Shown: piece by piece, positions 26,881 to 39,260 of the stretch | How the letters are laid out: every line of letters begins with the position of its first letter | How positions within the stretch are numbered: the first letter of the stretch is position 1 | Assembly (NCBI GenBank): GCA_951406725.2 | Contig: OX597817.1 | Location: forward strand, 63,054,001 to 63,118,000 | DNA: 64,000 bases | Reading direction: 5' to 3' | From: Octopus vulgaris | Taxonomy: Eukaryota | Notes under the pieces: generated by a model | The model's database searches: none | The model's input: the letters and a program-made list of their open reading frames with translations, nothing else | Told to the model about the DNA's origin: nothing | Translations under genes and position numbers: made by a program

Positions 26881-28019
26881 ATATATATATACATTATGCA
26901 TACATATATATTATGCATACACATATATCATACATACATACATGTACGTGTGTGTGTGAGTATTGAAAGAATCAAAATGGAGAAAGATGGATGTATGAAT
27001 AATTTATTTGTATGATATAAAGATGATGAAAATTAAGAGAAAAATTAAAAATAGCAATACATATGAATTATAAGTAGTAAAGCTCAAAAAGAAAATGGGA
27101 GATGTGAAAAAACTTACATATACGTTTCAGTTCTAACCCCTAGTTGATATGCAACTCTAAGTATTTGGTTATGTGCTAAGAATGGTATCATTTTTAAATA
27201 TATGAGGCTGAACGTCTTCAGGGTTATTGTGAGTTTATAGAACTAAGGTTAAGATTTTTTTGGAAGGATTCATACATAATATGTATTATTACAATAAAGC
27301 CTAACATATCGGGCGATATGTGATGGTGATTAACCAGTAGAATGTTTTGGATCATATAATTCTTAATGTGGATCTAACATCCTCGAAAAGATATCAAAAA
27401 TAGCAACTTATGATTCTGCTTTGGCATTTTCGTGATTCTTTTCTTCTTTCGTCATTAGAATGATACTTCGGATCAGAGATCCAAGATGGTCATAACGTTT
27501 ACTTTTAGTGTCGTATCTTTCCTCTTACGTCAGACGTTAGGTTTCTAAGTTTTATTAATCTAATTTGGGTATTTTGCTGCAATAAAATTTCTTTAAACTT
27601 GTGTTTCTAGCTTTCAGTGTATAAAAATTCGATGTCACGAACATCCATAATTCCATAATTATTTTTGTGTACTTTTCACACAAGGGCAGCAAATTATTTT
27701 GGTGTGTGGGGGAAATCGATTACATTGATCCTAGTTTTTGAACGGTGCTATATTTTATCGACCCCGAAGGGATTAAAACCGAAGTTAACGTAGGCAGAAT
27801 TTGAGCTCAAAACATAAAGAGTGGGAAGAAATACTACTAAGCATTTTGCCCGAGGTGTTATCTATTCTGCCAGCTTACCACCTCCATAATTCCATAAAAT
27901 TGGTTAACAAACGTGGACAATGATAAAAACAGTTTATTTATAACCATCTTAGTACATCATTTTCAGATCCTATGTATATATATACATATATATAGAGAGA
28001 GGGGAGAGAGAGAGGGAGA

Positions 28020-28252
28020 GGCTTCACTGTGTGGTTGAGAGAGGTGCTTCACAACCATGTGGTCTTGGCTTGACAAATGTCTTCTATAGCTCCGGATAGA
28101 CTAAAGCCTTCTGAGTGAATCTGGAAGACGGAAACGGAAAGGAGCCCGTGGCATGTATGTGTGTGTGTGTGCGTGTCTGTGCTTGTGTGTGAATGTATGT
28201 GTGTTTTAGTGTGTGTGGATGTATTATATGAAAGAGAGAGAGAGAGAGTGTG

Positions 28253-28287
<35 letters not shown>

Positions 28288-28440
28288 TACGAGTGTTAGA
28301 TAAGTTGATGGCGTCGGTTTGCTTGCGTCTCTGTAACTTAGCGGTTCGGCAAAAGGTATTTGCTGGAAGTACTGGGGACGATTCCTTTGACTGAACGCAT
28401 CATGCTGATGCCCCAGCATAGCCGCAGACTGAAATATGTA
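28020..28440 (+). mobile_element. Diverged family A SINE
   Basis: Body motifs gacggaaac..gcccgt and taacttagcggttcggc. Confidence 0.7.
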
Positions 28441-28859
28441 CAAGATATCGCGACTAAAAAGTTTTCGTTCAATTAGTCGTTCAACGAATATATTTTCGTA
28501 CCAATATGTCTTTTGTTTTTGGTGGGGAGGGGGTTGTTTTTTGTTGGTTTTGGGGGTTTTTTTTTGTTTTTGTCTTTGCCTGTTCACAAAACCGGCGACA
28601 GACAAATTAGTTCCAATACAGTAAAAAGATACCATCAGCGACATAATACATGTTTTACCTTCCCACGGAGACACAATTTTAAAAATCCACAATAGCTAAA
28701 GGCTTAAACCAATCTGATGAACCGATGCGCATATATAATGTAGGTAGTTCCATTAACATCCACTTCGATTAGCGTATTACTGGTGCGTGAAAAAGTATTT
28801 TTTATTTCTCTTCTATTCTCTACTGCAGAATATATCTGTAAGCTTTAGTAATTCGACAG

Positions 28860-28955
<96 letters not shown>

Positions 28956-29074
28956 TGTATGTATGTATATATATACATACATACATATATATATAATATA
29001 TATATATATACAGATATATATATACATATTTGTATATGTATATATATATATACATACATGTATATATATACATA

Positions 29075-29270
29075 TATGTCTATTTGTATCCTGTACACAC
29101 GTATATATATATTTATATATGCATGTATATATACATGTAGATGTAGGTACGTACATATATGTTTGTATGTATGCATATATTTTATTTATTACACTATTGT
29201 ATGACTGAGCGCCCTCGCGTAGATTCGATTCGATTCATTTCGTTTCGTTTCGTTTCTTCTTCTCTAAGCT

Positions 29271-29276
<6 letters not shown>
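29075..29276 (+). repeat. Left arm of ~200-bp inverted repeat (partner 31038-31242)
   Basis: Near-exact reverse complement; both arms give the same spurious peptide [23 protein letters not shown]. Confidence 0.9.
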
Positions 29277-29328
<52 letters not shown>

Positions 29329-29481
29329 CCCACGCTGGTGGAAAGGGGAGAACAGAAATTCTTCGCTTGCATATTTGAGTTTGTTGGCACTGTTAGTTAC
29401 GAGCAGATCTTCGAAAGCGATGAGAAGCCGAAAGGGTATGCTCTCACTTTCAGTGTTTTCAAATCCAAACCAAGGAGTTTC

Positions 29482-29533
29482 TGAGCTGATGATAGAAGTG
29501 TCGTGTTGACTAATCTTGAAACGTACGTTCTCA
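29482..29533 (+). ncRNA. Type-I hammerhead ribozyme, unit 1
   Basis: TGAG-CTGATGA-T-AGA..TCT-T-GAAA-C-GTAC-GT-T-CTCA; predicted cleavage after 29529. Confidence 0.8.
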
Positions 29534-30042
29534 AATAACCTTTGCATTTGATTTTTTGATGTCTTTACCCCCAAACTTTCGTGAGTTGAGTTGAGCAAGC
29601 ACTATATGAGAGAGGTTTTCTTTAAGTATTAGAAATAGTTTTAAAAAAGCTTTTTTAGCTGCTATTTCTAATGAGTTCAGTATGCGGCAAAGTAATTTAT
29701 TTTACTAAGCCCTTTTATATAATGTAATAATTTGAATTCGCCTTAAATGGTCCCTTTGCATACTGAACACTTGGTGAAATTGATTAATAATTAATTAATT
29801 TTACCCTCAATTGTTGAAATTATAATTAATCTCCCTCTAATTAATGCTTCGGATTTTACCGAAATAAGCATAGTGTTTGCTGATTTTAACCCACGCTGGT
29901 GGAAAGGGGAGAACAGAAATTCTTCGCTTGCATATTTGAGTTTGTTGGCACTGTTAGTTACGAGCAGATCTTCGAAAGCGATGAGAAGCCGAAAGGGTAT
30001 GCTCTCACTTTCAGTGTTTTCAAATCCAAACCAAGGAGTTTC

Positions 30043-30094
30043 TGAGCTGATGATAGAAGTGTCGTGTTGACTAATCTTGAAACGTACGTTCTCA
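30043..30094 (+). ncRNA. Type-I hammerhead ribozyme, unit 2
   Basis: Identical to unit 1; predicted cleavage after 30090. Confidence 0.8.
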
Positions 30095-30602
30095 AATAAC
30101 CTTTGCATTTGATTTTTTGATGTCTTTACCCCCAAACTTTCGTGAGTTGAGTTGAGCAAGCACTATATGAGAGAGGTTTTCTTTAAGTATTAGAAATAGT
30201 TTTAAAAAAGTTTTTTAGCTGCTATTTCTAATGAGTTCAGTATGCGGCAAAGTAATTTATTTTACTAAGCCCTTTTATATAATGTAATAATTTGAATTCG
30301 CCTTAAATGGTCCCTTTGCATACTGAACACTTGGTGAAATTGATTAATAATTAATTAATTTTACCCTCAATTGTTGAAATTATAATTAATCTCCCTCTAA
30401 TTAATGCTTCGGATTTTACCGAAATAAGCATAGTGTTTGCTGATTTTAACCCACGCTGGTGGAAAGGGGAGAACAGAAATTCTTCGCTTGCATATTTGAG
30501 TTTGTTGGCACTGTTAGTTACGAGCAGATCTTCGAAAGCGATGAGAAGCCGAAAGGGTATGCTCTCACTTTCAGTGTTTTCAAATCCAAACCAAGGAGTT
30601 TC

Positions 30603-30654
30603 TGAGCTGATGATAGAAGTGTCGTGTTGACTAATCTTGAAACGTACGTTCTCA
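30603..30654 (+). ncRNA. Type-I hammerhead ribozyme, unit 3
   Basis: Identical to unit 1; predicted cleavage after 30650. Confidence 0.8.
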
Positions 30655-30977
30655 AATAACCTTTGCATTTGATTTTTTGATGTCTTTACCCCCAAACTTT
30701 CGTGAGTTGAGTTGAGCAAGCACTATATGAGAGAGGTTTTCTTTAAGTATTAGAAATAGTTTTAAAAAAGTTTTTTAGCTGCTATTTCTAATGAGTTCAG
30801 TATGCGGCAAAGTAATTTATTTTACTAAGCCCTTTTATATAATGTAATAATTTGAATTCGCCTTAAATGGTCCCTTTGCATACTGAACACTTGGTGAAAT
30901 TGATTAATAATTAATTAATTTTACCCTCAATTGTTGAAATATATATATATATATATATATTATATATACATGTATAC

Positions 30978-31037
<60 letters not shown>

Positions 31038-31043
<6 letters not shown>

Positions 31044-31515
31044 AGCTTAGAGAAGAAGAAACGAAACGAAACGAAATGAATCGAATCGAATCTACGCGAG
31101 GGCGCTCAGTCATACAATAGTGTAATAAATAAAATATATGCATACATACAAACATATATGTACGTACCTACATCTACATGTATATATACATGCATATATA
31201 AATATATATATACGTGTGTACAGGACACCACAAATAGACATAGAACTCAACGAGAAACGAAAAAGTAAAAACAGCATGGAACGGACCATTTTTTTAACAA
31301 CGAAAAAACAGAGTACAAGACAACTACACAAGGAAAAATCCCCTTCATCAGCTGTCCCTAGTTCAACTCCAGCGTGTTTCGAAGGTGAGGACAGAACACG
31401 TCTCGTCGAACTAGTCTTTCCTGCGAAAGAATTAAATAAAATTCCTTTGCAGAGGGGTAAAAACAAGGAAAAAAATGTGACAAAAACAGGACGTAAAAAC
31501 AATACAATTAAAATG
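31038..31515 (-). mobile_element. Microsatellite-anchored repeat (probably PLE-derived); contains the right inverted-repeat arm and HHR-like half motifs
   Basis: Ends in (TA)n; minus strand carries ccttcGAAACac and gacagCTGATGAagggg. Confidence 0.5.
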
Positions 31516-31639
31516 CATGTGTGTGTGTGTGTTTGTAAAGTGGGCAATGGAGGAATTGTTGAGTTGTCACCATTTTATACTTTTTATTTCTCGAATGCGC
31601 ATTGTTTGTTTTTGATTTTGTTGACTACACAATATGGTA

Positions 31640-32378
31640 GGGTCAGTTGGGCACCGTCTGTGCGAAAAACAAATACCATGGTGCAATTCATCCTGCCAGA
31701 AATTTGAAAACGACATGCTGTATGGCTTGGCATTCGCGCCCGAAGCTCCAATACAGACATTTCAGAGTGTTTGGTTGTAAATCTGAGGACAGTGCAATTT
31801 GAGGACATGTACCGAGTATGATAAAAAAATCAAACATCCAGTCAACATCATGATGTTTGGAGTGATCACACATGATGGCGACGTTATGCCTCCATTCATC
31901 TTCCCACACGGCCTCAGACTGAACACGGAGGACGTAGTGCTGCCCTGAGTCAAGAGGGTGACTGCTAGAAGACCCTCTGTCTGGCAACAGGACTCTACAC
32001 CATACCACACACGCAGGAGAACACAGTCATGGCTGTCAGACTTCTGTGACTACATCACCCCTTAACATCTGGCCACCTAACTCCCCAGACTGCAATTCCT
32101 TTCATTATTATGTGTGTGATGTAGTTGAGCGAGAGACCAACAAAACTCCCTGTAACAACAAAGATGAACTGAAAGCATGGATTATGGCAGAATTCACCAA
32201 CTTAAACAAGGAGACCGTCCAGGAGATTCCTAAGTCGTCTGGAGACCGTGGTTGAATAAATTTTCTCTTTTGTATTTCAAGATAATCTTATGTAATTTTG
32301 GTAAATATATCTGTTAAAATGAGATGTCAGTGCTATTTTCATTTTTCGATAATTTCAGCGGCAGTTTATTCACCACAC
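31640..32378 (+). mobile_element. Internally deleted maT/DD37D-type Tc1-mariner element
   Basis: KHPVNIMMFGVI..GDVMPPFIFPHGLRLN, WQQDSTPYH, WPPNSPDCN..YYV..VVERETN. Confidence 0.8.
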
Positions 32379-32385
32379 ACTTTGT

Positions 32386-32458
<73 letters not shown>

Positions 32459-33534
32459 CGTGTGATTATAAGTATATATATACAAAAAACATCACAAAAA
32501 TATCACAAATAACTGCTACTAAATTTTATCTTAAACGCATTTATCTTAAATATATGATTTAGTACATATACAGATACATTTATTTTATTGTATTTATATA
32601 AACAGATTTGCAATAAGTTTATAACTAGTAAATAACGGGGTTTTTTAAAATATGTTTAGTAAATTTCTATTATAAGATCTATATGCAGTTTTTTTCTGGC
32701 GGGGTTTTCGAACGTATAGATACGTACACATAAATATAAAAACATAAGTTTACATGAGGTTATAGCTTATTTCCTTTAAAATAGAAATAGTAAAAACCAA
32801 CGTAAATTCTGATTTAATTATTTTACGTACACATTAGTATAGATAATAGTAAATAATGATTATAGTATAATTTATTGTACCCTTTTAGTGTTATTTAGTA
32901 TCGGTTTGTAGAGGATAAAATATATTTTTCTAATCAGGTTTTGATGTAAGGTGTATGTTTTTCTTAATAGTATAGAAGTGAAATTCAATATTTACTGCTC
33001 CAAAATAGATTCATGCGTATTATTTCTGCTTGAATTAAAATTGTCAAATACACACGCAGATATTTTTATAACCGTTATATTAGTTTTATATTTATCTTTA
33101 TTTTTTTAAATAAAGTTATTGACGCTCACACTTTCAAACATAAACATATATTGATTAGTTCAGTCTGTTTTAGGATATCAAGCTTCAAATGCGTAGATGA
33201 GATTTTTTCTCAAAATATTTCCAAAAATATGAATTTTTATAAATTTGTTATTGGTTTTGGGCTTGACTCGAAACAATTGTAGGGATTATTAATATTTATA
33301 TTCATATTATAATAATTATATAATATTATGTTAATAAATTAACATATGTCTGTTGGAACTCTTCATTTTCATTTTATTATTCGTATATTGTATATTGTAT
33401 ATTGTATTGTAGAAAATTTTCTACTATATTGGGTATTAAACCAGTTAAACCAGTGAAAATTGGATGTTTCCATCCCCATTAGAGGAGCTTGTTTCCTTGT
33501 ATTAGATTATATACATACATACATTATTTAAAAA

Positions 33535-33722
33535 TTATGGCTGCCCTCTCGTTATCTAGTGTGGTCATTCGAGTGCTCCTGGTAACATGTAACCCAGTAC
33601 AACCTGTTGCATGGTCGGGTCGTCGGCGACTAAACCGGCAACCCCACCAAGCTTGCTTGGTGAGGAGGGTGTTTATTAGACACACGTCAAGAGCCATCCA
33701 ATAAATGTTTTAAGGTTGCATC
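33535..33722 (-). mobile_element. Short RTE-derived non-autonomous element
   Basis: 3' end gataacgagagggcagccataat matches the 3' UTR of the RTE fragment at 63610-63960. Confidence 0.5.
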
Positions 33723-33737
33723 ACATACATACATACA

Positions 33738-33770
<33 letters not shown>

Positions 33771-33784
33771 GATCGGTAGCCACC

Positions 33785-33940
33785 TTGTTTTTCTCCTTGT
33801 TTCTTTCTGTGTTCTTTTCGGTGGAAGAGCGTAGGCTCGAAACGTTAAAGACGTTTTCAATTCCCGAGTGTTATACTAATACATCTGTTTGTTTTCTACA
33901 CCACCTGTCTTCGTCTTTTGTTTTTTTCGTGAATTCTCCC
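33785..33940 (+). mobile_element. Solo PLE pLTR fragment with HHR-like motif (33813-33851)
   Basis: gaagagcgtaggctcgaaacgttaaag plus conserved tail; ends in (TA)n. Confidence 0.7.
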
Positions 33941-34014
<74 letters not shown>

Positions 34015-34654
34015 CATATATGTGTGACTGTTTTGTTCTCACCACCATTTGAAAATTAGCGTTGGTCTGTTTAGGTCCTCGAAACTTAGCGATTGGGCAA
34101 AAGAGAACGATATATGTGGTAAACGAGTTCTGGTTCGATTTGTTGGAGTGAAAACCCTTCAAGCGATGCCCCAGTATAGCTGCAGTCCAATGACTGAAAC
34201 AACTAAAATATAAAGACAAACACAAAGATCTGATATAATCATTGGTTGGCACAATACTTGGCACAATACTTGAAAAATTATATGCAGTCACAGAGGTTAG
34301 CTGTGCAGCAGAAATGAACATTCCTTTCATAGTCAATGAGGCGATGATTTTGTCTAAGTGAAAAATCTCAAAAAGTTAGATTTTTTTCCAGACAAAGAAA
34401 TTGTGAAACAACCATGTAGTTTGCAAATATTATTTGTAAGCGAAATAGTAAAAATATGCTTAGACTTTTCTTAGGCTGAAAATGTAACGCTTATCGTTTT
34501 CTGCATTCAAATTCCATCGATGGAGGCTCTGTATCGTCAGAAACTAGCACTTTCCTTACAGAAAGAATTCCAATAATCAACGCGCACACACACACACGCA
34601 CGCACACACACACGCGCACACACTCACACACACATATAAATATATTTATCTACG

Positions 34655-34717
<63 letters not shown>

Positions 34718-34748
34718 ATATTTATGTATGTCTATATGTATGTCTGTA

Positions 34749-34805
<57 letters not shown>

Positions 34806-34807
34806 CA

Positions 34808-34823
34808 AGGTGTATGTACGCCG

Positions 34824-34867
<44 letters not shown>

Positions 34868-35870
34868 CAAAATAGGACAAAAACGCAAAAACATTCGGAC
34901 AGTTAGTTGATACAAAAAAGGGACAACAAAACATTCAGATAGATGATACAAAGAAAATAAGTACGGGTCATTCGGAGTTTTCTTTACTCAGTCGAATTCC
35001 AGATTATCTTCGCAATTTCGGCTGGTTATACTCGAGATTGCTCCAATCTGGCCAGCCCCAAGGTAAACCTAAGCTAAGAGCATTAGATTCCTTGGAAGAA
35101 AGCAGCGAATGTATACGAAAACAAGGACGGAAAAAACGGAGAATGTTACACAAATACAAATAACAGGACATAACAACAGGTGTCTTTCCACTAAGGACGA
35201 ATTAAATTAAGCTGGTATGTGGGGAAGTAAAGCCTTGCGGCAGGGATACAAGTTTTCACAGGCACAGGGAAGAATATGGATATTGCACGGACGACGGACG
35301 AACCAAGAAAGAAAAATCAGGCTTGGCCGAACACCAGTCACGTGGGGAGAGAAGAGAGAGAGAGAGAGGTAGAGGCAGAAGGCCAGAAGAAATATGGAGG
35401 AGCGAGAAAAAATGACAAGGACACAGTGAAGTGAAAAGAGGAAGGAAAGTGAGCATGAAGAGAAGTCAAGGAAATGTGAGAGGAGGGAACGAAAGAACGA
35501 AGAGTGGAATGAATGAAGTAAGCGTGAAAGGGCTGATAGAAAAAAGGAAAGAATAAAAGAATTGAGTCCGACAATATATAGATGAATATATACTTACATA
35601 TAAGAGACCAAGGAGTACTCACGCCGCTATATATATATAAAACAAAATTGGACAAGAAAAAAAACATCCAGACAGTTAGGTGATACAAAAAAAGGGACAA
35701 GGAAACATCCAGATAGACGATACAAAGAAAACAAGAACGGGCCATTCGGAGTTTTCTTTCCTCAGTCGATTTCCAGATTATCTTTGCAATTTCAGCTGGT
35801 TATACTCGAGATTGCTCCAATCTGGCCAACCCCAAGGTAAAACTAAGCTAAGAGCATTAGATTCCTTGGT
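34808..35870 (-). repeat. Partial tandem duplication of a microsatellite-anchored repeat (34808-35330 and 35600-35870)
   Basis: Shared ~270 bp acgccgctata..gagcattagattccttgg. Confidence 0.75.
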
Positions 35871-36104
35871 CATAATAGGACATCTAACACGCTAGAAGGA
35901 GTAGTTTAAAATCTAAACCATAATTAGGGGTAATTTCGAAAGGGAATGAAAGATAAAAACATTTACCATCTTTCTCCTGTCCTATTATAGCCATCTCTTA
36001 TGTGTTTAAATGTACACTGCATTTATATGAATAATATATAGTCTATTGTTAGGCCACTAGTAGTAAAAATTTCTAAAATTTTTCCTACCCTGATATTTAT
36101 TAAT

Positions 36105-36920
36105 ATATATATAAAACTGAGAATGTGTGTCTGTCTGTCTGTCTGTGTGTTTCCCTAAAACTTGAGAACTACACAACCAATTTCATTCAAATTGACAATA
36201 TTTTCACCGTTTACACGGAAGCATTTTTGTTAGAATGCCTTCGATAGAAAAAAGTCCAAAAATGAATTTCGCTGCAGCCGTCGGCGGGCGCGAACTCATT
36301 GAAATTAAAATGGAAGAAATACGGATTGATCACTGACAAAGACGGTGAATCTAGGATAACACCACCAAACGAAATAAAAAAGTGAATTAAAGAAAAGACT
36401 ATTGTCTAAAAAGTATACAATATAGAGAAAAAAAAGATTTGAACACTTGGAGGAAAGCACCATCGAAAAGTGTCTTGGTGCGAATATGAAAGATATCTAA
36501 CCAGAGGCGGTAAATTCGCCAAAATAGAAGCAAGGTTCGAGTCAACGGAGCGTGCAAGGGAGTACTCGACTCGAACCTCGCAAAGTGGAAGTATTTCATT
36601 TTTGCCTTTATATCTGGGACGTAGGACGTCCCGGATAAAAATTTTAAATGTCCCCCCAGAAGTAGAGGTAGACTGGATTGTAGCCACACTTCTAAACAAG
36701 AGGGAGGACACGATACAATTGATCGAAATTGCAAGAGACGAGCCTATAATTCCAATCTTATATATTTTGAGTATTGTTATCACTAGCGATATCAAGATAT
36801 AACTTTGTATTTTATGTGTAGATGTATATATATAGATGTACATGTAATATGTACACATATATATACACATATATACATGCACTAGCACTATGACCCGGCA
36901 ACGACGGGTCATAATGCTAG
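36105..36920 (+). mobile_element. Non-autonomous Helitron copy 1 with captured ORF1-like fragment
   Basis: 5' tatatataaaactgagaatgtgtgtctgtc; 3' hairpin tatgacccg-gcaacga-cgggtcata followed by CTAG. Confidence 0.75.
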
Positions 36921-37966
36921 TATATATATAAAACTGAGAATGTGTGTCTGCCTGTCTGTCTATCTGTCTGTGTGTTTCCCAAAAACTTGAGAACTACACA
37001 ACCAATTTCATTCAAAATTTACACATGATTTACTTAGGGTCCGGGGAGTGTCATCGGCAATAAAAATATTCAACTCCTTGCCTAGGGCGAGCCCATAGCA
37101 ATATCATATCTTCTTCACTATGATTCCCTAAAACTTGAGAACTACACAACCAATTTCATTCAAATTTAACACATGCCTTACTTGGGGTCCATGCAAAAGA
37201 AATGTTCAACTTCTTGCCTGGGCGAGACCATAGCAATATCGTATCTTCTCCACTATTTCAGTATTACGTGTTAAAAGTGAAACAAAAACATTTCTATATT
37301 TTATACCAGATATTTTCACTTTAACAATAAAAATTAGAGATAATAATAACAATTGAATTATATGTAGTAAGTAATAATTAAAATCAAACTAAAGTAGAAT
37401 AACAACACTAAACGAAATAGAAAATTAAATTAAGGAAAAGACTATTGTCTATAATGTATACAATGTAGAGAAAAAAAGATTCGAACACCTGGAGGAAAGC
37501 ACCATCGAAAAGTGTCTTGGTACGACTATGAAAGATATCTAGTATCTAACCAGAGGAGGTAAATTCACCACAATAGAAGCAAGGTTCGAGTCAACGGAGC
37601 GTGCAAGGGAGTACTCGACTCGAACCTTGCAAAGTGGAAATATTTTATATTTACCTCTATATCTGGGACGTAGGACGTCCCGGATAAAAATCAAAAATGT
37701 CCCCCCAGATGTAGAGGTAGGCTGGATTGTAGCCACACTTCTATACAAGAGGGAGAACAAGATACAATTTATCGAAATTGCAAGAGACGGGCCTACAATT
37801 CCAGTCTGTTATATATTTTGAGTTTTGTTATCACTAGCGATATCAAGATATAACTTAGTATTTTGTATTTTATGTGTAGATGTATATATATAGATGTACA
37901 TGTAATATGTACACATATATAAATGCACTAGCACTATGACCCGGCAACACCGGATCATAATGCTAG
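36921..37966 (+). mobile_element. Non-autonomous Helitron copy 2, head-to-tail with copy 1
   Basis: Same 5' end and 3' hairpin+CTAG; diverged; internal duplication near 36978/37126. Confidence 0.75.
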
Positions 37967-38080
37967 TGTATATATATATATATATATACGTTTATATATT
38001 TGTTTTGCAAGATACTTCATTTATAATCGTGTGTTGAAACAGACATTGTTGAAACACATATGTGTGTGTGTTTGTATGTG

Positions 38081-38144
<64 letters not shown>

Positions 38145-38631
38145 ATCTTCTCTGTGTTTTAGTCATTAGACTGCGACCATGCTGAGACATCGCCTTGAGG
38201 GTTGTTATTCGAACGAATTGACCCCAGCACTAAGAACAAAAATAACAAAAATGTGCCTGACTTCATGCAAGGATAGGGATACAGGTGAGCAACTTACCCG
38301 CAACAACAGGTGCACACGGGAAAATTAACACTGAAGATATCATTCGCATCATAAGCAGATGTTCTAAAATGTCGCCGTGGTACTGTTTACATAAGAGAGG
38401 TGATGTTTCATCCTAAACGTTGTACGAAGTAATCAATAGAAAGGATTTTACCAAGGACAAAAATATTAAAATAATTCATAGTGATGTGAAGAGCATACAT
38501 TGGCTCATAATATGATAGAATACTGATGAAATGTTCTAAATCAAAGCCTCAGTAAAATGAACGCCTAACAGACCAGACATTATGATCTTGGACTAAGAAA
38601 AGGTAGCATACGCATTAGTGGAAATAAATTA

Positions 38632-39260
38632 CTGAGTGTGGCTGTGAGGTAAGTAGCTTGCTTACAAACCACATGGTTCCGGGTTCAGTGCCACTGCGTG
38701 GAACCTTGGGCAAGTGTCTTCTACTATAGGCTCGGGCCGACCAAAGCCTTGCGAGTGGATTTGGTAGACGGAAGCTGAAAGAAGCCCATCGTATATATGT
38801 ATAGATATGTATGTGTGTGTATATGTTTGTGTCTGTGTTTGTCTCTCCAACATCACTTGACAACCGATGCTGATGTGTTTACGTCGTAATAGCAGTTCGG
38901 CATAAGAGACCGATAGAATAAGTATAGGCTTATAAAGAATATATCCTGGGGTCGATTTGCTCGACTAAATGCGGTGCTCCATGCATGCCACAATCAAATG
39001 ACTGACATATGTATGAGTAAATGATGTGTGTGTGTGTGTATGTTTGTGTATCTGTGTTTGTCCCGTTCCCTCGACATCGCTTGACAACCGATGCTGGTGT
39101 GTTTACGTCCCCGTAACTTAGCGGTTCAGCAGAAGAGACCGATAGAATAAGTACTAGGCTTACAAAGAATAAGTCCTGGGGTCGATTTGCTCGACTAAAG
39201 GCGGTGCTCCAGCATGGCCACAATCACATGACTGAAACAAGTAAAAGAGTAAAAGAATAA
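38632..39260 (+). mobile_element. Family A SINE with duplicated 3' half
   Basis: Body cttgacaaccgatgctg..atgactga present twice. Confidence 0.85.

Larger units (their letters stand above)
29325..30940 (+). mobile_element. Tandem array of 560/561-bp HHR-containing units (retrozyme-like / PLE pLTR multimer), 2.9 copies
   Basis: Units start at 29325, 29886 and 30446; near-identical; one type-I HHR each; (TA)n on both sides. Confidence 0.8.

Noticed and set aside
29791-30719. 122-aa minus-strand ORFs repeated in the 560-bp units
   Set aside because: TTG start, no recognisable domain, antisense to the ribozyme; identity only reflects the DNA repeat
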